Source: Candidatus Micrarchaeota archaeon
GTDB lineage: Archaea > Micrarchaeota > Micrarchaeia > Anstonellales > Bilamarchaeaceae
Assembly: GCA_043827025.1 (NCBI GenBank)
Contig: JBDRPL010000019.1
Coordinates: 1 to 64,000 of the forward strand
Length of the DNA stretch: 64,000 bases
Reading direction: 5' to 3'
Shown: in pieces, positions 38,619 through 47,127 of the stretch
Layout: each line of letters opens with the position of its first letter
Position numbering within the stretch: position 1 is the stretch's first letter
The notes under the pieces: generated by a model
Seen by the model: only the letters and a program-made list of their open reading frames with translations
Told to the model about the DNA's origin: nothing
Database searches by the model: none
Program-made: the position numbers and the translations under genes

Positions 38619-39071
38619 GTGAACTACAGCCTCGATGAAAAAGACCAGTTGATTCTGGATACGCTGAAGGAGCGTAGCGATTCAACAACCCGCCAAATCG
38701 CAAAGAAAACGCTCCTTCCTCCTACCACCATTCATAATCGTATAAGGAAGCTCAAGGAAGCAGGAATAATCAAACGATTTACTATTGAGATTGACGAGAA
38801 CAAGGCTGGAAACAAAGTTTTGGCCTATGTCCTGGTCTCAGCAGATCTTAAGCTACTCAAGGAAAAGAAGAAGACGCAATATGATCTTGCAAATGACATA
38901 AGGAAGTTTGGATTCGTGAGGCGAGTTGATATTGTTGCAGGAGTGACGGATCTTGTTGCTATGGTTAGGGTAAAGGACATGGAAGAATTCGATAAAATGT
39001 TATTAGGAAAGTTACAGCTCATTGAAGGAGTGGACAAGACGCAGACAATGATTGTGATACATGAGAAATAA
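38619..39071 (+). CDS. Lrp/AsnC family transcriptional regulator
   Basis: LDEKD.LIL...IAK...TIHNRIRKLKEAGII. Confidence 0.95.
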   Translation: MNYSLDEKDQLILDTLKERSDSTTRQIAKKTLLPPTTIHNRIRKLKEAGIIKRFTIEIDENKAGNKVLAYVLVSADLKLLKEKKKTQYDLANDIRKFGFVRRVDIVAGVTDLVAMVRVKDMEEFDKMLLGKLQLIEGVDKTQTMIVIHEK

Positions 39072-39204
39072 AAAAACATCCTCCATTAGTTCGAACTGCA
39101 CTTCGTTTCATTCAAGGATGTCGTTTTTTGTAAAATAAAAAAATCGCCATGGCAAGAACGCATTCGTTCTTGACTGTCGAAATTTTTTTTAAGAAAAAAA
39201 ATTT

Positions 39205-39330
39205 CGCCAAGGACCGGATTTGAACCAGTAATTCCTTGCGGAACTAGATTTCAAGTCTAGCGCACTACCGGGTTGCATGCTCTGCGTGCAATTTTGAACG
39301 CGCACGTTCAAAGCTTTATGCGACCTTGGC
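39205..39330 (-). tRNA. tRNA-Ser(TGA) with a 43-nt D-loop intron (15/16; intron 39273-39315)
   Basis: GCCAAGG/CCTTGGC-G; CTAGA-CT-TGA-AA-TCTAG; long variable arm; GCAT/ATGC helix with cut sites AA|A and AA|C. Confidence 0.92.
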
Positions 39331-39471
39331 GAATGAATATGAGCCATGGTTATTTACCGAGAAGGTAAATTCACCCTTGGCAACGAACGTGAGTGAGTCT
39401 CAAAATTACTATTGTTCTGGCAAACGTTTTTATTGTTTCCTTCTGAGAATATGTTTATGAATTCTGTAAAT

Positions 39472-40377
39472 ATGAACAAAGATAGCAAGTTTATCGACAA
39501 TATGTCTTCGATATACGGGCGTTTTTTCACTGTGAAGAGAGTTATCGCAAAGAAAAAAACAAAATATCAGGAACTTGAACTAATAGATACTCCTGCATAC
39601 GGGAAGATGATGATTCTTGACGGCAAACCGCAGATCGCAGAGTATGGCGATTATTTTTATCACGAGCCTTTGGCCCAGCTACCTATGTTTTGTGCAAAAG
39701 ATCCCAAGAGAGTTTTGATTATAGGTGGCGGGGATGGCGGTTCTCCAAGAGAGGTCCTGAAGCACAATGTGAAGCAAGTAGACATGGTTGAACTTGACGA
39801 GGATGTCATAAAATTCGCTAAAGAGTACCTTAGGTTCGTCTGTAAGGATTCCTATGAAGATAAGAGGTTGAATCTGCATATTGGAGATGGAAGGGCATTC
39901 GTAGAAGCGCAATTGAAGAAAGGTGAAAAATACGACGTAATCATTTCTGACCTCACTGATCCTTTCGGACCTTCGAAAATGCTTTATACCAAGGAATTCT
40001 ACACCATGGTGAAGAAATTGCTTAATAAAGGCGGCGTATTCTCAACACATTGTGAATTTCCATTAATGTTTAAAGATGCGTTTCCGACAGTAACCACTAC
40101 TCTGAATTCTGTGTTTCCACATGCTGTTTTTTCATATGTATTCGTTCCGGCATATGGCGACCTTATGGTTTTTGGCTCGTTTTCCGCAGAAAAGATAGAT
40201 GAGGTTGCGGTCAGGTCGAATGTCCTGAAAAAGCAAAAATCCCTTGACCTGAAGATGCTGGGCACTATGGCGATGGGATTCCCTCGATTTTTGGAACCTT
40301 TGATGAAGTATGGGAAAGTGTCGACCGATGCGGACCCATATGAGATTGATGAATCTCAGACAGGTGTTCAATACTAA
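39472..40377 (+). CDS. speE: Spermidine synthase (polyamine aminopropyltransferase)
   Basis: LDGKPQ, YHEPL, VLIIGGGDGG, DVIISDLTDP. Confidence 0.95.
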   Translation: MNKDSKFIDNMSSIYGRFFTVKRVIAKKKTKYQELELIDTPAYGKMMILDGKPQIAEYGDYFYHEPLAQLPMFCAKDPKRVLIIGGGDGGSPREVLKHNVKQVDMVELDEDVIKFAKEYLRFVCKDSYEDKRLNLHIGDGRAFVEAQLKKGEKYDVIISDLTDPFGPSKMLYTKEFYTMVKKLLNKGGVFSTHCEFPLMFKDAFPTVTTTLNSVFPHAVFSYVFVPAYGDLMVFGSFSAEKIDEVAVRSNVLKKQKSLDLKMLGTMAMGFPRFLEPLMKYGKVSTDADPYEIDESQTGVQY

Positions 40378-40379
40378 AC

Positions 40380-40832
40380 TCATACTTCAAAATAAGTCTT
40401 AAATTTCTCAGTCAGTGTGAGTTTCGAAGTTCTTCCTTCTTTTCTTTGCCTTATGAATCCGTTTTCTACAAGTTCCCGTACATCATCATAAATCTGCGGA
40501 CCTATTTTTTTGACCAGGTCGGACTTGAGCATTTCATTGTGTTTTGAAAGATATGCAAGGGTCCTCAATGCATTTTTGCTTATCTCTGTTTCTTTGGCGA
40601 ATTGTTTCACCTTTTCAATGTGTTCCCCCTTTATTTTCATCACGTATTTTCCATCTACCTCTGAGATTTCTATGGCACTTCCTCTTTCTTCATAGTCTTT
40701 CTTGAGTTCCTGGATGGCGTTCTGCAGGTATCCTACTGCGCCTATGCCTGTGAGTGTCTTGAATTCCTCGACCCCCATGGCCCTTGAGCTTAGGAAAAGG
40801 GCAGCCTCTATCATTTTTTTTTCATCGCTCAT
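40380..40832 (-). CDS. scpB: Segregation/condensation protein ScpB
   Basis: IEAALF, LRTLAYL, LTEKFKTYF. Confidence 0.85.
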   Translation of the reverse strand: MSDEKKMIEAALFLSSRAMGVEEFKTLTGIGAVGYLQNAIQELKKDYEERGSAIEISEVDGKYVMKIKGEHIEKVKQFAKETEISKNALRTLAYLSKHNEMLKSDLVKKIGPQIYDDVRELVENGFIRQRKEGRTSKLTLTEKFKTYFEV

Positions 40833-41350
40833 TTTTTTAACCCCAAATATGTTATGAGTTCTCCAGTGTGGTTTACTTCGTCAATATTCTTTTTGTCAAC
40901 AAGTGCTTTTAATATCTTCCCAATGGTTTTTTTCACGTTTCTTTTTGAAGTGTCAATCTCGACTATGCAATTATATTTCTGTGTACTGTTTATGGAACAA
41001 TAATCAAGAAGTTCGGCCATGGCATTTTCCTCGATTTTCTTTTTTGAATAGCCTCTTTTCTTCAACCTTTTTCGGAGCTCCTTGATTTTGGTTCTCAAGA
41101 CAAACACTATGTCAAGGCTTATCCTTACTTCGCAGAGCAGGTGCCCTTCTATGACGAAATCCTTCTTTTTGGCAACTTCTTTTTTGATTTCTTTTTCAAG
41201 TTTTTTTGTATCCACTTCTATCCCGGAAACAAGTTTCTTTTTTCTGGCAAGTTTTTTTATGTCAATTAGTTCACATCCAAGTTTAGTAGCCAGTAATTTC
41301 GCAAGCGTTGTTTTTCCGCATCCAGGAGTCCCAGCAATCCCAATCTTCAA
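40829..41350 (-). CDS. Adenylate kinase, AK6/Fap7 type
   Basis: GTPGCGKTT, EGHL, LKKRGYS.KKIEEN. Confidence 0.9.
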   Translation of the reverse strand: MKIGIAGTPGCGKTTLAKLLATKLGCELIDIKKLARKKKLVSGIEVDTKKLEKEIKKEVAKKKDFVIEGHLLCEVRISLDIVFVLRTKIKELRKRLKKRGYSKKKIEENAMAELLDYCSINSTQKYNCIVEIDTSKRNVKKTIGKILKALVDKKNIDEVNHTGELITYLGLKK

Positions 41351-41363
41351 TCAATCGACCTTT

Positions 41364-41687
41364 TCAGAGCTTTTTTGCCAATGCTGCAAGATATTTCTTT
41401 GCAAGGTTCAGGGTTTCCTGGCCTTTTGCAGTCATCTTGTAGTATTTTCTTCTTTCTTTGAATGTTGATTCTATTATTTTTTCGCCTTCAAGTTTGTAAA
41501 GCACAAGGTATATCATAACTCTGCCAGGTTTGAAGCCGAATTTCAATTCGATATCAGTTACAAGTGAATATGCATAAACTTCTTTTTTTGATTTTATGAG
41601 CGAAAGGATGTAAAGCCATATATTTCCCACTGTAAGTGCCTGCCTCAGCCGTTTGGCAGGCAGGGCATCTTGGCGATTCATTTTCAT
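41364..41687 (-). CDS. PadR-family transcriptional regulator
   Basis: YILSLI...YLVLYKLE...RRKYYKMTAKG; ATGA-coupled to the upstream gene. Confidence 0.88.
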   Translation of the reverse strand: MKMNRQDALPAKRLRQALTVGNIWLYILSLIKSKKEVYAYSLVTDIELKFGFKPGRVMIYLVLYKLEGEKIIESTFKERRKYYKMTAKGQETLNLAKKYLAALAKKL

Positions 41688-42922
41688 CCTTCCTGCGATT
41701 GTTTCGTATAATATACGCACATATCTCGTTCAGCAAATGTTTCTATTTTGTTGCATATGCTTGGATCTTTTTGAGTTCTTGCTACAGATGTGTAACATTG
41801 GTTTCTCCAGTCATCTGCTGCAACTCCGTCACAATCGCTGACTTCTTTGACGTCCTGTCGTATTATCGTAGCTTCATAGCACTGTATTTTGTGAGGTACA
41901 CTCGCAAGGTTTTCGCAGATTTCAGGTTTTGTGTACTTTTTCGCTACGTCGAAATAGCAGTTATTCCTTGAAATCTGGGCATAGGTTTGGTCTATCAGAT
42001 TGCAGCCTTCAATGTTGTTTGTTTCAAGTGCATAATTCGCATAGCAATTCCATCTCCTGTTTTCATCTATATCTATATTTGCGCATATTTTTGGGTTATT
42101 ATCATTCACTGCAAAATAATAGTAGCAGTCGTATGCAAATTGGTTGCCTGGCGCGCTTATCTTTCCGCATAGGTAATTCTCATTTGTTTTTGTTGCATAC
42201 ATCTGATAACAATAATCTCTTTTTGAAACAGTAGTAATCTCTTTGCAGACGTCTTTGTCTTCTACTATGCTTTTGCATGCGCCAACTTTGCTTGCATCCT
42301 CCATCTCATCGCATGCTTCTGATGATTTGTATTTTGATATATATTCAAAAATGCAATCTTCGTTTCCTTCGCAGTAGCGATAATCTTTTTTATCGAGCGC
42401 CATGCACGTATTTTTCGGTTCGGCTTCTCCATAAAAGCAGGGATCTATGGATAATATACACTCCCTTCTATCTCCGTTTTCTAGGTTATTGCATGGTTCT
42501 ATGGACGAGCCTTCCTTGGCAAGCTTGTATATGCAGCTCTTTTTCACTTCATACTCAGAAACAAGTGCGCATGCTTCCAATACTTTTCCAGAAAGTGCCT
42601 TGTAGCAGATTTCTTTATTCGTATCGTTGAGCCTGCTGCATTCTTCTACGTCGCTCTGTGCTATTGCATTTTGCAATTTGCAGACTTCATCGCAGAAATA
42701 TGTAGTATCCCTTTCGTTTATTATTATAGTCACATTTTCTACTCCATTGCCGTTTTTCGAGCCGTTTGGTATGATCAGGAATGCTATGGCTATGGACATT
42801 ACAGCTATGGCGCAGATTATTGCAATTGCCATCCAAGGTGATTTTTTTTCCTTCGTAGGAGGTATTGATGCGTGTCCAGTATCCTTCTTATGCTGCCTTG
42901 GGATGTATCCTTTATCGTCCAT
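41684..42922 (-). CDS. Membrane-anchored Cys-rich helical-repeat surface protein
   Basis: One TM segment, then about 12 repeats of CxxI-x(4-6)-RxxCY. Confidence 0.75.
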   Translation of the reverse strand: MDDKGYIPRQHKKDTGHASIPPTKEKKSPWMAIAIICAIAVMSIAIAFLIIPNGSKNGNGVENVTIIINERDTTYFCDEVCKLQNAIAQSDVEECSRLNDTNKEICYKALSGKVLEACALVSEYEVKKSCIYKLAKEGSSIEPCNNLENGDRRECILSIDPCFYGEAEPKNTCMALDKKDYRYCEGNEDCIFEYISKYKSSEACDEMEDASKVGACKSIVEDKDVCKEITTVSKRDYCYQMYATKTNENYLCGKISAPGNQFAYDCYYYFAVNDNNPKICANIDIDENRRWNCYANYALETNNIEGCNLIDQTYAQISRNNCYFDVAKKYTKPEICENLASVPHKIQCYEATIIRQDVKEVSDCDGVAADDWRNQCYTSVARTQKDPSICNKIETFAERDMCVYYTKQSQEG

Positions 42923-43165
42923 GGGCTACCTAACTAAGTTAAAATTTATATATTCAACCGTCCGAAACATCCGGATATCATGTTTGTTTTTACACTTTTG
43001 TGTTTATGTGATTCACTCGGAAAAAGTTTGGTATTTAAACAGTGGTGGTGTAGTCTATTTCCTTTTGAAAAAAAGTAGAGGTGGGGGGTGAGATGGAGCC
43101 TTTGGGTGTACCATCTTGCCTCAAAAAGCTTTTTGTGTCATTGAATTTTTTGGTGATTTCTGTTT

Positions 43166-44050
43166 TTATTCCAGGTGCTGAATTATAGCAGTTCCAGGCG
43201 CAAGTTGTATAAGCTGGGCTATATGATCCCGCCCTGAGCCTAAAAGCATGCCCTGCCAGATGATCTGCGGAGTAGACACATATTCTTTTATAAGATTAAG
43301 ATATGCCTGTGCATGTCGGTCAAAATCCACATTAGCCACTCCTTTTGCAAGGATTTCCTGGATCGTATCAAGGATAGGGTGCTGGAATTCCGTTGCTTCT
43401 ACGATTACGTCACAATTCCTTTCCCTGAGCATATGGGCCAAAGCTACTTGCATCGAATCCCTAACCACAATCCCGAACCCATCTTCAGGAACTGTATTAA
43501 TTATATATTCTGCACTGAGCGCAGACCTGACCATGCTTGCTTCACAATAATTAAGAACTACAAGCATTGCGTAATATACTGATTCTGGAGATGAAGGCGA
43601 TTTGAGAAGGAGTTGTGTGGCATTCCCCATCTCATCTTCCAATTCAAAACTTCTTGCATCGTGCGGTTCGCCAATAATCTGTATTCTTCCTGGATTTTCT
43701 TCATTTACAGTGTGAACTAGGTTTCCGCATCCATATGGGATATTTTGCGAATGAGGGTTGTTTGAGATGAGCGTTCTTTCCAGTTGTGAGGCTTCTGATT
43801 CTGTGACAAACCTTAATTTCTCTTCAAGTGTAAGATTTCTCCAGGACATATCCCTTTCTGTTCCGTGTTGCCACATGGCACCTATACGTGTTAATTCCAA
43901 TCGGGCAAGGGGTGGTTTTTCAATAAATAATCCGAAATTGCCCTGCATTTCCCTAACCGTTGCCTCTAGTTGTTTCCTTACAAATCCAGATTCTTGTGTT
44001 ACATATTCTCTTGCGAATACCAGTTTTATCGTTCTTGTCATTATCATCAC
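43166..44050 (-). CDS. Hypothetical orphan protein
   Basis: 294-aa ORF; no family recognised. Confidence 0.55.
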   Translation of the reverse strand: MMIMTRTIKLVFAREYVTQESGFVRKQLEATVREMQGNFGLFIEKPPLARLELTRIGAMWQHGTERDMSWRNLTLEEKLRFVTESEASQLERTLISNNPHSQNIPYGCGNLVHTVNEENPGRIQIIGEPHDARSFELEDEMGNATQLLLKSPSSPESVYYAMLVVLNYCEASMVRSALSAEYIINTVPEDGFGIVVRDSMQVALAHMLRERNCDVIVEATEFQHPILDTIQEILAKGVANVDFDRHAQAYLNLIKEYVSTPQIIWQGMLLGSGRDHIAQLIQLAPGTAIIQHLE

Positions 44051-44111
44051 TTGTGGTAGAACCTAGAAACATATCGAAAGATTCATAAGGTTACTTAATC
44101 TGAAGGATAGG

Positions 44112-44336
44112 TTTAAAAACTAATTTGTGTAAGAGAGTTATGCTTTTTTCTATAGAGAAAAGTCGATACAGTGATCCATATGGATCACTTATTCTCATGC
44201 TGCGATTGTCACAACGATCACGGGCACAAAAGAAACAGATCGCTGTTTCTTTACGTCCAACATCTGAAAAGTTAGTTGGATGAGAATGGCAGTACGCTAG
44301 CAGTATTGCAAATGTTATATTAAGGAGGTTATTTGA
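44112..44336 (+). promoter_or_regulatory. EF-1alpha promoter and highly structured 5' leader of about 195 nt
   Basis: TTTAAAAA at 44112; two hairpins, a four-way junction at 44191-44287, a further hairpin, then GGAGGT. Confidence 0.65.
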
Positions 44337-45620
44337 ATGGCAGAAAAAGAACACTTGAATCTTGTATTTATTGGACATGTCGACGCAGGTAAGTCGACAT
44401 CAGTTGGTAGGATCCTGTACGAAACAGGCGCAGTCTCAGAACAGGCTTTGAAAAAGCTGAAGGATGAAGCTGCAAAGGTCGGTAAGGCGACTTTTGAATT
44501 CGCATTCGTCATGGATGAATTGGCAGAAGAAAGAAAGAGAGGTGTCACAATCGATGTTGCACACAGGGAATTCAATACTTCCAAGTATTACTTTACAATC
44601 ATTGATGCACCAGGACACAGAGATTTCGTCAAGAACATGATCACAGGTACAAGCCAGGCAGATGCAGCAGTCTTGGTAATCTCTGCAAAAGACGGAGTAC
44701 AGCCACAGACAAAGGAGCACGCATTCTTGGCAAAGGTTCTTGGTATTTCTCAGTTGATTGTGAATATCAACAAGATGGATGCAGTTAACTACAGCCAGGA
44801 CGAATTCAACAAGGTAAAAGGCGAAGTTGAAAAGCTCTTGAAAGGCATTGGTTACAAGATAGAAACCGTTGCTATTATTCCATGTTCAAGTTATGGTGGA
44901 GACAACATCACAAAGAAATCTCCTAATATGCCTTGGTATACCGGTCCAACATTAATCGAATTGTTCGATAAGTTGACAGTTCCTCCAAAATTAGACAACC
45001 TTGCTTTGAGAATGCCGATACAGGAAGTCTTTTCTATTACAGGACACGGCGTTGTTCCAGTAGGAAGAGTTGAGACGGGTATCTTGAAGCCAGGTATGGC
45101 TATTTGTTTCATGCCAAGCGGAAAGAAGTCTGAAGTTAAGAAAATCGAGATGCACCACCAGGAACTAAAAGAAGCAAAAAGCGGTGACAATGTTGGTTTC
45201 AACGTAAAAGGCGTTGAAAAGGCAGATGTAAAGAGGGGAGATGTTATTGGCCCTGCAGACAAGCCACCAACAGTTGCAGCTGAATTCACAGCACAGATTG
45301 TGGTTCTTAATCATCCAACAGCACTTTCAGTAGGTTACACGCCTGTGTTTCACATTCACACTGCACAATTCGCAGGAAGAGTGGTGGAGATCATAGAAAA
45401 GAAGGATCCTAAGACAGGCCAGCCTACAAAAGAAAATCTTGATTTCATCAAGACGGGTGAAGCTGCAGTCATAAGGGTTCAGCCTATGAAACCTGTTGTT
45501 ATTGAGAAATTCAGCGAGTTCAGGCCTCTTGGAAGATTCGCAATCAGAGACATGGGTCAGACTGTCGCAGCAGGCGTAGTCTTGAGCGTAACTCCGAAAG
45601 TAATGGAAGAGAAGAAGTAG
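44337..45620 (+). CDS. tuf: Translation elongation factor EF-1alpha
   Basis: [43 protein letters not shown]. Confidence 0.99.
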   Translation: MAEKEHLNLVFIGHVDAGKSTSVGRILYETGAVSEQALKKLKDEAAKVGKATFEFAFVMDELAEERKRGVTIDVAHREFNTSKYYFTIIDAPGHRDFVKNMITGTSQADAAVLVISAKDGVQPQTKEHAFLAKVLGISQLIVNINKMDAVNYSQDEFNKVKGEVEKLLKGIGYKIETVAIIPCSSYGGDNITKKSPNMPWYTGPTLIELFDKLTVPPKLDNLALRMPIQEVFSITGHGVVPVGRVETGILKPGMAICFMPSGKKSEVKKIEMHHQELKEAKSGDNVGFNVKGVEKADVKRGDVIGPADKPPTVAAEFTAQIVVLNHPTALSVGYTPVFHIHTAQFAGRVVEIIEKKDPKTGQPTKENLDFIKTGEAAVIRVQPMKPVVIEKFSEFRPLGRFAIRDMGQTVAAGVVLSVTPKVMEEKK

Positions 45621-45675
45621 TTTCTTCTATTTTCTTATTTTTATTTTATTTTATTTCTCTGTTTTTTGTATTTTC
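45621..45675 (+). terminator. Oligo-T terminator of EF-1alpha
   Basis: Long T-rich tract after the stop codon. Confidence 0.6.
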
Positions 45676-45744
45676 GAATTCTATCCAAGCCAATAAATCT
45701 ACTATTTTTAACCCTTTTGCAACAAACACCATATAGTGTTTTAT

Positions 45745-47049
45745 ATGTTCAGTACTGTAGCTGATGTTTTATCTGGAAAAATGGAAGGCAAAGAGGTTCA
45801 TCTTAGGGGATGGATACACAGGCACAGGATTGGAGGGGCAGGTTCACTTGTTTTTGCAGTAATTCGCGATTCGACAGGAGTAGTCCAGGTTGCAATCAAA
45901 AAAGAAAATGTTGATGAGAAATCGTTCAAGGATGCAAGCGAAGCCTATGTCGAATCTTCTGTATTTCTGTCTGGGAAAGCTGTCAAAGACGCAAGGGCGC
46001 CAGGAGGATATGAAATACAGGCAAGGGAATTCGAAACCGTTTGCAGAGGCGAACCATTCCCTGTTGCAAAAGATCTTTCGGAAGAATATCTTCTGGACAT
46101 AAGGCATCTTTGGCTAAGGAGCCAGAAGCTTACCAAGACGATGCAGATAAGAAGCACAGTGGTTTATGCTATCCACGAGTTTTTCCAGAAACGCAGTTAT
46201 ACTTTGTTCGATCCGCCAATATTTACTCCAAATGCATGCGAAGGCGGGGCAACACTGTTTGAGGTAAAATATTTTGATACTAAAATGTACCTTACTCAAT
46301 CGTGGCAGCTTTATGCAGAAGCTGCTATTTTTGCACTTGGAAAGATATACGATGTTGCACCTACCTTCAGGGCTGAGAAGAGCAAGACCTCCAGGCATCT
46401 GGCTGAGTTTTGGATGGCTGAGATGGAAGCTCCGTGGATGGAGCTGAAAGAGGTTACAGAGGTTGCAAAAGATGAGATCAAGTTTATTGTCGAGAAAGTC
46501 CTTGAAAAACATACAGAAGACCTTAAGTTCTTGGGAAGGGATGTGGAAAAATTGAAGAAAGCAATATCAAAACCATTTCCAACAATCAAATATTCTGAAG
46601 TATTGAAGATGTTGAAGGAAAAAGACAACCTGGAAGTAGCTTGGGGCAAGGATCTTCGGACAATCGAAGAGGAGAAGATTATGACTCATTTCGATACTCC
46701 TATTGTAGTGACTCATTATCCAAAAGAAATAATGGCATTTTACAAGCCTGTTGACCCCAAGAATCCAAAGGAGGCGCTTTGCTTTGACATGCTTGCTCCG
46801 GAAGGCTTTGGGGAAATTGTGGGTGGAAGCCAGAGATGCATTGACATCAAGGAAATCGAAAAAGGACTCAAGAAAGAAGGCGAGAACATCGAAAATTACC
46901 AATGGTATCTTGACCTTAGAAAGTATGGTTCCGTTCCCCATTCCGGCTATGGAGTTGGAGTCGAACGGGTAGTGAGATGGATCTGCGGTTCTGAAAATAT
47001 AAAAGATGCGATTGCATTCCCGCGGACAATGGCAAGGTTTAAGCCATGA
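45745..47049 (+). CDS. asnS: Asparaginyl-tRNA synthetase
   Basis: YLTQSWQLYAE, FRAEKSKTSRHLAEFW, WYLDLRKYGSVPHSGYG. Confidence 0.93.
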   Translation: MFSTVADVLSGKMEGKEVHLRGWIHRHRIGGAGSLVFAVIRDSTGVVQVAIKKENVDEKSFKDASEAYVESSVFLSGKAVKDARAPGGYEIQAREFETVCRGEPFPVAKDLSEEYLLDIRHLWLRSQKLTKTMQIRSTVVYAIHEFFQKRSYTLFDPPIFTPNACEGGATLFEVKYFDTKMYLTQSWQLYAEAAIFALGKIYDVAPTFRAEKSKTSRHLAEFWMAEMEAPWMELKEVTEVAKDEIKFIVEKVLEKHTEDLKFLGRDVEKLKKAISKPFPTIKYSEVLKMLKEKDNLEVAWGKDLRTIEEEKIMTHFDTPIVVTHYPKEIMAFYKPVDPKNPKEALCFDMLAPEGFGEIVGGSQRCIDIKEIEKGLKKEGENIENYQWYLDLRKYGSVPHSGYGVGVERVVRWICGSENIKDAIAFPRTMARFKP

Positions 47050-47127
47050 TTTTTTTGACTATTCAAAAAAGTTTTGTTAACTGTTGTGACAGTTATTTTT
47101 AAATTTAACCACTTATTATTCTAGGTT

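Noticed and set aside
1874..43089. GGTGGGGG runs at about 1874, 23463 (-) and 43080 as ORB/origin elements
   Set aside because: The copies are isolated, lack the ORB inverted core, and no orc1/cdc6 gene is in the window.
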